Part shown: positions 26,111 to 33,293 of the stretch, in pieces
Numbering within the stretch: the stretch's first letter is position 1
How the letters are laid out: each line of letters begins with the position of its first letter
Sequence record: PV261925.1
Direction: 5' to 3' (one strand)
Length of the DNA: 64,000 bases
The notes under the pieces: generated by a model
The model's input: only the letters and a program-made list of their open reading frames with translations
Told to the model about the DNA's origin: nothing
Databases searched by the model: none
Position numbers and translations under genes: made by a program

Positions 26111-26139
26111 ATTATACCAACAAAAAAGGGAGGTGTCAA
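26111..26139 (-). promoter_or_regulatory. consensus sigma70 promoter TTGACA-N17-TATAAT, upstream of the DNA polymerase operon
   Basis: TTGACA 26139-26134, TATAAT 26116-26111; overlaps the 3' arm of a terminator hairpin. Confidence 0.85.
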
Positions 26140-26163
26140 ACTGGATTGTGCCAGTTACCTCCC
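26122..26163 (-). terminator. intrinsic terminator
   Basis: GGGAGGT...ACCTCCC enclosing AACTGG/CCAGTT, then a T6 tract. Confidence 0.7.
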
Positions 26164-26195
26164 CGTCTGCGGCGACGATATTCAGTTTTATTTAT

Positions 26196-26270
26196 TCAGT
26201 TTTTGGGAGTGAGCGAAAATGCCCCACCCATAACTACTCCGAAGATTGCGATTGTTGCTAAGATTTCCAT
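26196..26270 (-). CDS. 24-aa single-pass membrane peptide (not in the ORF track)
   Basis: MEILATIAIFGVVMGGAFSLTPKN*. Confidence 0.55.
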   Translation of the reverse strand: MEILATIAIFGVVMGGAFSLTPKN

Positions 26271-26283
26271 AGGTCAGGATGTA

Positions 26284-26367
26284 TTATGGTAGTACAGGTG
26301 AGAGAACTGCCCAACTAAAAAGAGAAGATACAGTTCCTAACAAAAGAGTGGCGGTAGTGAAATTCAT
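26284..26367 (-). CDS. 27-aa hydrophobic peptide (not in the ORF track)
   Basis: MNFTTATLLLGTVSSLFSWAVLSPVLP*, with a GGAGG RBS upstream. Confidence 0.6.
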   Translation of the reverse strand: MNFTTATLLLGTVSSLFSWAVLSPVLP

Positions 26368-26466
26368 AATCCGTCCTCCAAGTTACATAATTATATAGAA
26401 AAAAGTGTATCATAGTGATACAATTTTGTATCAACGACTACGTATTAATACTTATCCTGTTTTGAT

Positions 26467-26892
26467 TTAAAGATAATCTTTTCTTTGGTGGTGTTCTGGA
26501 ATTACTTTGGTAAGTGTAATTGACAGAAGTCCGTCTTCAAATACGACGTTGGAGACCTCAGTGTCGTCAGCGAGGGTCCAGGATCTCTCAAAGTTTCTTT
26601 GAGCCAATCCCTTGTGGATAAATGATCCCTCTTCATCAGGTGATTCTTTCTCCCCCCTGACAAAAAGTTTTCCATACTCGGTGTAAGCATGTACCTGTTC
26701 CTTCTTAAATCCTGCTAGTGCAATTTCTAATCTAGTTTCTGTGCTATTTACCTGGATTACGTTATATGGAGGGTAATTGTGTACTGAAGTGTTAAAAACT
26801 CTTTCAAAATATTCATCCATTCCAATTGAGTTCTTTGCAATTCGATCCATCAGCTGATCCAAATTGGCAGCATTATACTTTGCTAGTGTCAT
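26467..26892 (-). CDS. hsp20: small heat-shock protein (Hsp20/IbpA family)
   Basis: YPPYN, EIALAGF, HKGLAQRNF, FEDGLL.I alpha-crystallin motifs. Confidence 0.95.
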   Translation of the reverse strand: MTLAKYNAANLDQLMDRIAKNSIGMDEYFERVFNTSVHNYPPYNVIQVNSTETRLEIALAGFKKEQVHAYTEYGKLFVRGEKESPDEEGSFIHKGLAQRNFERSWTLADDTEVSNVVFEDGLLSITLTKVIPEHHQRKDYL

Positions 26893-26957
26893 GTGACTTC
26901 TCCTTTTAAAGCGAGAGTGTGTTGTGTGGACCCTTACGGCGTCCAGTACTAATTATA
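26893..26957 (-). promoter_or_regulatory. hsp20 promoter (extended -10 TGTTATAAT) with a ROSE-like 5' UTR
   Basis: GGAC-GCC-GTAA-GGG-TCC hairpin, then CTC-G-CTT/TTAA/AAGGAG stem that pairs UCGCU with the SD. Confidence 0.55.
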
Positions 26958-26966
26958 ACAGATACG

Positions 26967-26997
26967 AAAAAAAGGAGTGTAGTATAAACCACACTCC
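26967..26997 (-). terminator. intrinsic terminator after regA
   Basis: GGAGTGTGG-TTTATA-CTACACTCC followed by T7. Confidence 0.75.
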
Positions 26998-27048
26998 CTT
27001 ATGGGGGTTTCCGATTGTAGAGTGTGCCGCACGAAAGACACGTATTAT

Positions 27049-27486
27049 TTATTCTCCCTCTTCGGTCTTTCCTCTCTTACCAATGTTGTATTTCTGTTCC
27101 AGAGTCCAGTCTTGTTTATCTTTGTAAGACAGAACTTTGATCTGATTCAATGGTGCGATATCAATAATTGAATCTTCATTGAGGATAGTAATGAGTCCCC
27201 AATCAGAAAGAAGCTTAGTAATACGATTCCTACGCTGAACATCATTAATAGTAAGGTTAGCGTATTTCCCATCTAGGGCAAACAGTTCCTTAAAGTGAAC
27301 AATGTAATACTTACCTTGCTTATGAAGGATATGGCAAGACTGATACAGCTTCTTTTCTTTCCTAGAAGCAACACCAATACGAGTCAGAGTCTCTCTTACT
27401 TTGAGAAAGTCATCAGGTTCATTCAACCTGATCTCAACCATTTTTTCTTGAGACCAAGTTACCTGAGGTTCAACAGTTTGGGTCAT
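27049..27486 (-). CDS. regA: translational repressor RegA
   Basis: DDFLKVRETLTRIGVASRK...YQSCHILHKQGKYYIVHFKELFALDG. Confidence 0.97.
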   Translation of the reverse strand: MTQTVEPQVTWSQEKMVEIRLNEPDDFLKVRETLTRIGVASRKEKKLYQSCHILHKQGKYYIVHFKELFALDGKYANLTINDVQRRNRITKLLSDWGLITILNEDSIIDIAPLNQIKVLSYKDKQDWTLEQKYNIGKRGKTEEGE

Positions 27487-27863
27487 TTCGTTCCACCAGT
27501 GTCAAGTCGTTGTTTGATAAATTCAATTTGTTCATTAGACAGAATTTTCAGTACTTGAGATGCTTTCTCATTATTATAACCATAATAACGTTTTACATAC
27601 TCTAAATCTGATACCTTCTCTTTTCTAAGCCAAGGAGAGAATCTTTTCTTCTTTCTCAGAATATTTATATAAAAATTATATTGCATGTCCTTATCTAAGA
27701 AATGATACCTATTCATTTCGTTAGCAAATAACACACAATCCAAGTGACCTGACAGACACTTATTAATAATAAAGGGAGGATATTCTCTTGCTAGAGTGGG
27801 GTCTTCATCGAGAATATTCTCCTTGTTAAAGTTGATTGAATTCAACCAATCTTTCAATTCCAT
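27483..27863 (-). CDS. gp62: clamp loader small subunit (T4 gp62-like)
   Basis: YPPFIINKCLS...RKKKRFSPW...YYGYN.EKA. Confidence 0.93.
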   Translation of the reverse strand: MELKDWLNSINFNKENILDEDPTLAREYPPFIINKCLSGHLDCVLFANEMNRYHFLDKDMQYNFYINILRKKKRFSPWLRKEKVSDLEYVKRYYGYNNEKASQVLKILSNEQIEFIKQRLDTGGTK

Positions 27864-27864
27864 A

Positions 27865-28152
27865 TCAAAGGATCAACTTTTTACTAGGGGTTTTCAATGG
27901 AGAGAACATCTCCTCATACTGTTCTACCAGTTCGTCATTAACGTTGGCAGTATAGACAATCCACTTCTTATTGATCTCCAGTTCCTTCTCTTCACGTTTT
28001 AGGAGAGGAGCATAAGGTGCAAAACCAAGACGACCATCACCTTGATTAAATGCAACAATAGGATTCATGATAACAAGACTATCCTCTTTATTCTCAAGGA
28101 CATCTGCAACCACATCCTCACCAGAGGACATACGAAATACTTTGACGTTCAT
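27865..28152 (-). CDS. hypothetical protein (Sm-like)
   Basis: VKVFRMSSGEDVVA...GFAPYAP; resembles the ORFs at 25537-26086. Confidence 0.75.
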   Translation of the reverse strand: MNVKVFRMSSGEDVVADVLENKEDSLVIMNPIVAFNQGDGRLGFAPYAPLLKREEKELEINKKWIVYTANVNDELVEQYEEMFSPLKTPSKKLIL

Positions 28153-28178
28153 AATTTTGTTCGATAATGATTATATTT

Positions 28179-28568
28179 TCAGCCACCGTCAACTTGACAG
28201 CCAACAAGGGCACCACCAACTACACCAGTTGGGATTGACCAGATCCAGTTCTTCTTCGTGGCTAGAGTTCCACCAGCGGCACCACCAAGAATACCACCAA
28301 TGATAGAACCTTCGACACACGAATTGTCATCTACATCACTCTGAGGAGTGTAAGGTTGTGTTCGAGCTTGGTTCTCACAAGGAACCTCAACTCTCTCATT
28401 AAACTTTTTTACGTACCCAGGACTATTACGTGTACCTGGAACATACTCTTCACGGTAAACATTCTTATAACATTTGGTTTGTTGTGACCCACCTGGTTGA
28501 TAATAGTTCTCAGCCAAGACTGGGATTGGAACAAACAATAAGGCCATTACTGCGAATACTTTGTTCAT
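28179..28568 (-). CDS. exported protein with glycine-zipper C-terminus
   Basis: Signal peptide; GSIIGGILGGAAGG...GVVGGALVG. Confidence 0.75.
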   Translation of the reverse strand: MNKVFAVMALLFVPIPVLAENYYQPGGSQQTKCYKNVYREEYVPGTRNSPGYVKKFNERVEVPCENQARTQPYTPQSDVDDNSCVEGSIIGGILGGAAGGTLATKKNWIWSIPTGVVGGALVGCQVDGG

Positions 28569-29512
28569 TTGAAGTTACACTCCACCATGATTTCAGTTAG
28601 ACAAGCCAACATATTTATTTCTTGATCCGCGACGAAAGAACTTTGATACTGATACTTAGCAATAATGAGAACAGCAGCAGCGATCCCACTACCATCCAAC
28701 TTTGAATATATTGCGTCGTAAACACTACGAAGAAGAACGTGAGGGTCATTATCAAGATTATCCACGACCCACTTCCTGACCTTTGGAAAATCTTTGTCCT
28801 TAAGGCTTTTGAATAAATCATCGGTTTTTACGTTACTAAAGGCAGCAAGGATACCAGAGTCAATCTTACCACTGACAGAGTATCGTTGGAGTTCATTAAG
28901 AACTCGTCTCCAATCAGGGAAGTGTTTCTGGATTAGTTCGACAAGAACTTTCGGATCATATTCCACACTCTCTGTCTCAAGAATAGTCCTGAGACGCTGG
29001 AAGAACTTGGCTGCAAGTTCTTGTCGTTCTTTTCCTTTGATAGAGAAATCGACAACGGCGCACCTGGAGTGGAGCGGTTCAATAATTTTGTTCTTGTAGT
29101 TACAGGTGAAGATGAATCGACAGTTACCAATAAACTCCTCAGTAAATGCCCGTAGACAGAGTTGTACATCTGGGGTCGTGTTATCTGCCTCATCAATGAT
29201 GATGACTTTGTGTTTTGCAGTTGATGAAAGTGAGACGGTCGAAGCGAAATTCTTCGCATTGTTTCTGACCGTATCGAGAAAACGTCCCTCATCGGATCCG
29301 TTGATGACATAATAATCTACTCCAAGTTCATGACAAAGTGCTTTGGCCACCGTGGTTTTACCACAACCAGGAGGACCAGATAGAAGAAGGTTTGGAACCT
29401 CACCTTTCTCTACAAATTTTTGAAATGTATTCTTGATCCCATCAGGAAGAATACAGTCCTCAATAGTCTGGGGTCGGTAAGATTCAACCCAGACAAATTC
29501 ATTACGACTCAT
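28565..29512 (-). CDS. gp44: clamp loader large subunit (T4 gp44-like)
   Basis: WVESYRPQ, GPPGCGKTT, IIDEAD, PLHSRC. Confidence 0.96.
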   Translation of the reverse strand: MSRNEFVWVESYRPQTIEDCILPDGIKNTFQKFVEKGEVPNLLLSGPPGCGKTTVAKALCHELGVDYYVINGSDEGRFLDTVRNNAKNFASTVSLSSTAKHKVIIIDEADNTTPDVQLCLRAFTEEFIGNCRFIFTCNYKNKIIEPLHSRCAVVDFSIKGKERQELAAKFFQRLRTILETESVEYDPKVLVELIQKHFPDWRRVLNELQRYSVSGKIDSGILAAFSNVKTDDLFKSLKDKDFPKVRKWVVDNLDNDPHVLLRSVYDAIYSKLDGSGIAAAVLIIAKYQYQSSFVADQEINMLACLTEIMVECNFK

Positions 29513-29514
29513 AA

Positions 29515-30207
29515 TTAATTACGATGGTTTTTTCTGATAATCTTGTCCTGTAAATTGTGCAAGATAAAGTATGGATCTTTACTTGCGTCTTCTAGATTTT
29601 CATGATAAGTTGGTTCAATATAGTTTAACGCACTTGTCAACCCCTGATACATATCATACTCAAACGGATCTTTGAGTTGTGAATGTGTCCAGAATATAAC
29701 TGCATCTCTATGTCCTTTAGTGACAGTATTGACCCTATGAGGTGTTCCAGTTTTATACGTGACTGAACTACCTGCAGGTGGTTTGAATTTTACTTCTTCA
29801 CCATTGATCCACAAACATAGTTCTCCTCCCTCAAAGTCATCATTGAGAAATATCGTTGTACTAAAATCACCAAGTTGAGCATGATCATGATGAGGTTTAT
29901 AAAACCCTCCAACTTCAGTTCTACTTACTAGTGGAGTTGCACTATTTCTTGCAACAGTAAACTCAATAAACTTAATCCTCGTATCCATTCTACTGAAGAC
30001 AATATCAGACAAGGATTGGTTACCCTGTGAAGTAAACTCACATTGAAAGTTTGTCTTAATCTTTAATTTTTCTTCGTCACTACTATCAGATTGGACACTC
30101 TGATGACCATCGACCCAAACAGACTCAATATCAATCAACCGATAGATTTCATTGATATCATTTTCAGTAAGATTATTTTCAATCAGAAGATAGTCTGTCA
30201 TACCCAT
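29515..30207 (-). CDS. PKHD-type (PiuC/YbiX-like) 2OG-Fe(II) hydroxylase
   Basis: YKPHHD, STTIFLND.FEGGEL, HRVNTVTKGHR. Confidence 0.8.
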   Translation of the reverse strand: MGMTDYLLIENNLTENDINEIYRLIDIESVWVDGHQSVQSDSSDEEKLKIKTNFQCEFTSQGNQSLSDIVFSRMDTRIKFIEFTVARNSATPLVSRTEVGGFYKPHHDHAQLGDFSTTIFLNDDFEGGELCLWINGEEVKFKPPAGSSVTYKTGTPHRVNTVTKGHRDAVIFWTHSQLKDPFEYDMYQGLTSALNYIEPTYHENLEDASKDPYFILHNLQDKIIRKNHRN

Positions 30208-30722
30208 TCAGGTTTACGATCTGGGATACGAAGATAGTTATCTTTTACCCAGGGTTTAGATGCAATATACATTTTATACGCATCAAATGTAGAAATACTT
30301 GTATCGTACTTGAATTCTTCAGGCATGGCACGAACAAACGGTGTGTGTGTTCCACTTCTTCCTGTAGGATCACCTGTAGGAAGTATTTCTTTTGCTGCAA
30401 GAAGAGAATGAAAACAAGTATGAATTTTACCATACCTCATCTTGTATTCATCACACAAAGCGATACCGTGGTGAAGTAACCATTGCCAGTTCATCACGAA
30501 CTCACTTGCCCAGATGGTACAGGGATGGTTACGGAAGGCACCCTTCTCGGTGCTGTAAGGGGTTCCGTCGGCCTTAGGGATGGTCCCAAACCCATGACCC
30601 CATTTGTCTGAACAGACGATAGACAACATCTGACAGGTCTCTAGAGGCATCTTGACAATATGTTTGTCAGGGAGAACTTTGGCAGACTCCCATGGACATT
30701 CACTGGTTACAAAGATATTCAT
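30198..30722 (-). CDS. pyrimidine-dimer DNA glycosylase (Pyr_excise/DenV)-like protein
   Basis: MNIFV...DKHIVKMPLETCQML...NHPCTIW...EY..RY.K.H; family assignment from motif memory. Confidence 0.65.
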   Translation of the reverse strand: MNIFVTSECPWESAKVLPDKHIVKMPLETCQMLSIVCSDKWGHGFGTIPKADGTPYSTEKGAFRNHPCTIWASEFVMNWQWLLHHGIALCDEYKMRYGKIHTCFHSLLAAKEILPTGDPTGRSGTHTPFVRAMPEEFKYDTSISTFDAYKMYIASKPWVKDNYLRIPDRKPEWV

Positions 30723-31054
30723 TCTAAAGGTCTCTTGAAAGTTTCAGAAACTAAATCAGTTGCACCCATTGCCTCGTACATATAAGTTGCACCAGACCTT
30801 GGGTTTGTGTGTTCACCGCATGTAAACACATCACAGACTGCCATACCATTCTCAGGCCATGTGTGGATTGAGATATGAGACTCTGCAAGTAGAGCCACGG
30901 CAGTAACTCCTTGAGGTTGAAATTTATGGGATTGAATACCAAGGAGTGTACTCTCTGACAACGAGGCAGCATTCGCAAGAACGTTACGAATGTGAGCCTC
31001 ATCATCTAATAACCCAAAAGGACAACCCTTCAACGTGAAGAGTATATGTCTCAT
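30719..31054 (-). CDS. speD: S-adenosylmethionine decarboxylase proenzyme
   Basis: FQPQGVTAVALLAESHISIHTWPE...DVFTCG, with the ES cleavage site. Confidence 0.95.
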   Translation of the reverse strand: MRHILFTLKGCPFGLLDDEAHIRNVLANAASLSESTLLGIQSHKFQPQGVTAVALLAESHISIHTWPENGMAVCDVFTCGEHTNPRSGATYMYEAMGATDLVSETFKRPLE

Positions 31055-31719
31055 CAGCCGAAAGTGGAATCAGGTTCCAGAGCGATATAATAGGTCACGT
31101 CGATGTTCTGATTCTGGAAACGGGACAGAAGTTTTTCTGACACAACCACGTCGTAGTTACCAGGAACAATCTTCAGGTTCTCTTCTTTGAAGTTGAATAC
31201 GAAATCATTGTCAGTCTCACCAACAACAATAGAGAAGTCATTAGAAGTATCGTTCTTCTTGTCACGAGCAACAAGTTTGATGACACCAGCTTCACCGATG
31301 ACAGAGATATCGGGAAGTTGATAGACAGATGCAGCCTTCTTCAGTTTCTCCAGTTGTTGACTGGTCAGTTGGAAACAAACATCTTCAGTCGGAAGAGTAA
31401 TCTCTTTCTCAGGAGGTGCAACGATCACAGACGGATCTGCAAAGAAATACTTAGAACGGGAACGACCTTCTTTGATCACAACGTACTGATCATTGTCAAA
31501 ATCAAGATCGGGACTTTGATGAAGAGACAGACCATTGAGGAACTGGTTCAGATCGTAGATACCGAAGTCTTTAGGGAACTGTTCGGATACATTGGCTTCA
31601 ACCAGGATGTTCTTCATCACTGAGATAGAACGCAGTTTCTGTCCCTCTTTGAACAGGATAGACTGGTTGATCGAAGAGAAGTTCTTCAGGAGAGATACAG
31701 TAGATTCAGAAAGTTTCAT
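31054..31719 (-). CDS. gp45: DNA polymerase sliding clamp (T4 gp45-like)
   Basis: MKLSESTV.LLKNFSSINQSI...FGIYDLNQFL...YYIALE; start reassigned to 31719. Confidence 0.95.
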   Translation of the reverse strand: MKLSESTVSLLKNFSSINQSILFKEGQKLRSISVMKNILVEANVSEQFPKDFGIYDLNQFLNGLSLHQSPDLDFDNDQYVVIKEGRSRSKYFFADPSVIVAPPEKEITLPTEDVCFQLTSQQLEKLKKAASVYQLPDISVIGEAGVIKLVARDKKNDTSNDFSIVVGETDNDFVFNFKEENLKIVPGNYDVVVSEKLLSRFQNQNIDVTYYIALEPDSTFG

Positions 31720-32119
31720 AATTACCTTTTGGTTGCTTGTTGATGCCAGAGAAATGATAGAGGAGGATACAATAGTGGATTGCTTTGAGGATGTCAAGTT
31801 TAGACTTGCCTTCCTTCTTACCAAACCGTGAGAGATACTTTATAGCGTTGGATCGACAGAATGCTTCTGAGTCACCGATACTGTCGATCAGATCAAGTGT
31901 CTGAGTCTTGTTGTCGTTTGCGTAATGTGCTTTGTACGTACCACCAAGATAGTCACGGATTTCTTTTAGGATTACATCCTCCTCATATTTCCAGAAACCA
32001 TTATCATTATTCAAATTCAAATCCATTTTAAATTCATTAACAGGTGTAAGAGGAGTATACTCAAACCCCTCCTCAGGTAGCTCATTCATTACATCATACA
32101 ATAAGGACCATGAGATCAT
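31706..32119 (-). CDS. DUF3310-like protein
   Basis: HY...QTLDLI...FCRSNAIKYLSRFGKK...DILKAIHY; start uncertain. Confidence 0.7.
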   Translation of the reverse strand: MISWSLLYDVMNELPEEGFEYTPLTPVNEFKMDLNLNNDNGFWKYEEDVILKEIRDYLGGTYKAHYANDNKTQTLDLIDSIGDSEAFCRSNAIKYLSRFGKKEGKSKLDILKAIHYCILLYHFSGINKQPKGNYETF

Positions 32120-32123
32120 TCTA

Positions 32124-33212
32124 TCAACTTTCCATAGTGTTGTCAACATTAAGGACATCAATACTGTCAGTATTCATGGTGAAGTCTGCGTCCACTTTGT
32201 CATACAGTTCCAGGAATGCAGACTTGGTTTCATCGTCGAATCGATTGATACAAACTTGAATGGCTTTGGCTTTATCACCAAAGATAGAGTATGCACGGAC
32301 GATATGAACCAGACGACGGGTAGAGATAATCTCATCAATACCACCATCATAGAAGGTCTTACGGATGATGTCAGCCCAGTCTACCAGGTGCTTACAGAAG
32401 TCTTTGTCATCACAACCAGACTCAAGAATTTTCTGTTCTGTAGCAGGAGTCGGATAAGACTGTTCAAAGGTCACACAGAAACGCTCAAGGAATGCTTCGT
32501 TGAGAACATTGGTGCCAATGAACCGACCATCTTCAGAACCCTTACCTTTAGTATTGGCGGTGGCAATGACTTGGAAACCTTCGGCAGGTTTGACAAACTT
32601 ACCAATCTTCTTAAGGAAGACACCCTTACCTTCGAGAATAGATTGGAGACACAGGATCTTGTTAGATGCCAGGTCAACTTCATCTAGAAGTAGTACAGCT
32701 CCCCTTTCCAGAGCCTCGATGACGGGTCCGTTATGCCAAACAGTTTCACCATTAACAAGACGAAAGCCACCAATAAGATCATCCTCATCAGTCTCGATCG
32801 TAATGTTGACACGGATCAGTTCCCTCTTGAGTTGGGCACAAGCCTGTTCAACCAAGAACGTTTTACCGTTTCCAGAGAGACCCGTAATGAATGAAGGGTA
32901 GAAAAGACGGGACTTAATAATTTTTTTGATATCGCTGAAGTTACCAAAAGTGACGAAGGAATCATCTTTCTGAGGAATCAGGTCTTGTTCGATTGCAGGA
33001 AGAGCAGCAGGTGCTTGATAGTTTTGTTCCAGTTTCTCTTGAACCGTCAGGTTCCACTTACCACGACCAACTTTGTAGTCATTGAGTTTCTTAGTGACAG
33101 TCTGATAACTTACGTCATTCATGGCACACCATCCACGAATATCACCAGTGGTGACCTCAGGTCCGTAGGTGTCTTGAAGAGAAGCAATGATGGAAGAAGT
33201 AGTGAGTGCCAT
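32124..33212 (-). CDS. cobS: CobS/MoxR-like AAA+ ATPase
   Basis: GLSGNGKT, LLDEVD, TANTKG, NEAFLERF; start reassigned to MALTTS. Confidence 0.88.
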   Translation of the reverse strand: MALTTSSIIASLQDTYGPEVTTGDIRGWCAMNDVSYQTVTKKLNDYKVGRGKWNLTVQEKLEQNYQAPAALPAIEQDLIPQKDDSFVTFGNFSDIKKIIKSRLFYPSFITGLSGNGKTFLVEQACAQLKRELIRVNITIETDEDDLIGGFRLVNGETVWHNGPVIEALERGAVLLLDEVDLASNKILCLQSILEGKGVFLKKIGKFVKPAEGFQVIATANTKGKGSEDGRFIGTNVLNEAFLERFCVTFEQSYPTPATEQKILESGCDDKDFCKHLVDWADIIRKTFYDGGIDEIISTRRLVHIVRAYSIFGDKAKAIQVCINRFDDETKSAFLELYDKVDADFTMNTDSIDVLNVDNTMES

Positions 33213-33293
33213 AACGTGGTGTGTGTTCAACATAGCTATAATACGACAAAACCACCCGTATGGGGTGGTGCCTGTGACAGTTGTCCGATTGGG

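Noticed and set aside
26196-26367. High-light-inducible (hli) genes
   Set aside because: The chlorophyll-binding ExxNGRxAM motif is absent.
32124-33212. Cobalamin biosynthesis AMG
   Set aside because: No other cob genes are present; a generic MoxR/vWA pair is more parsimonious.
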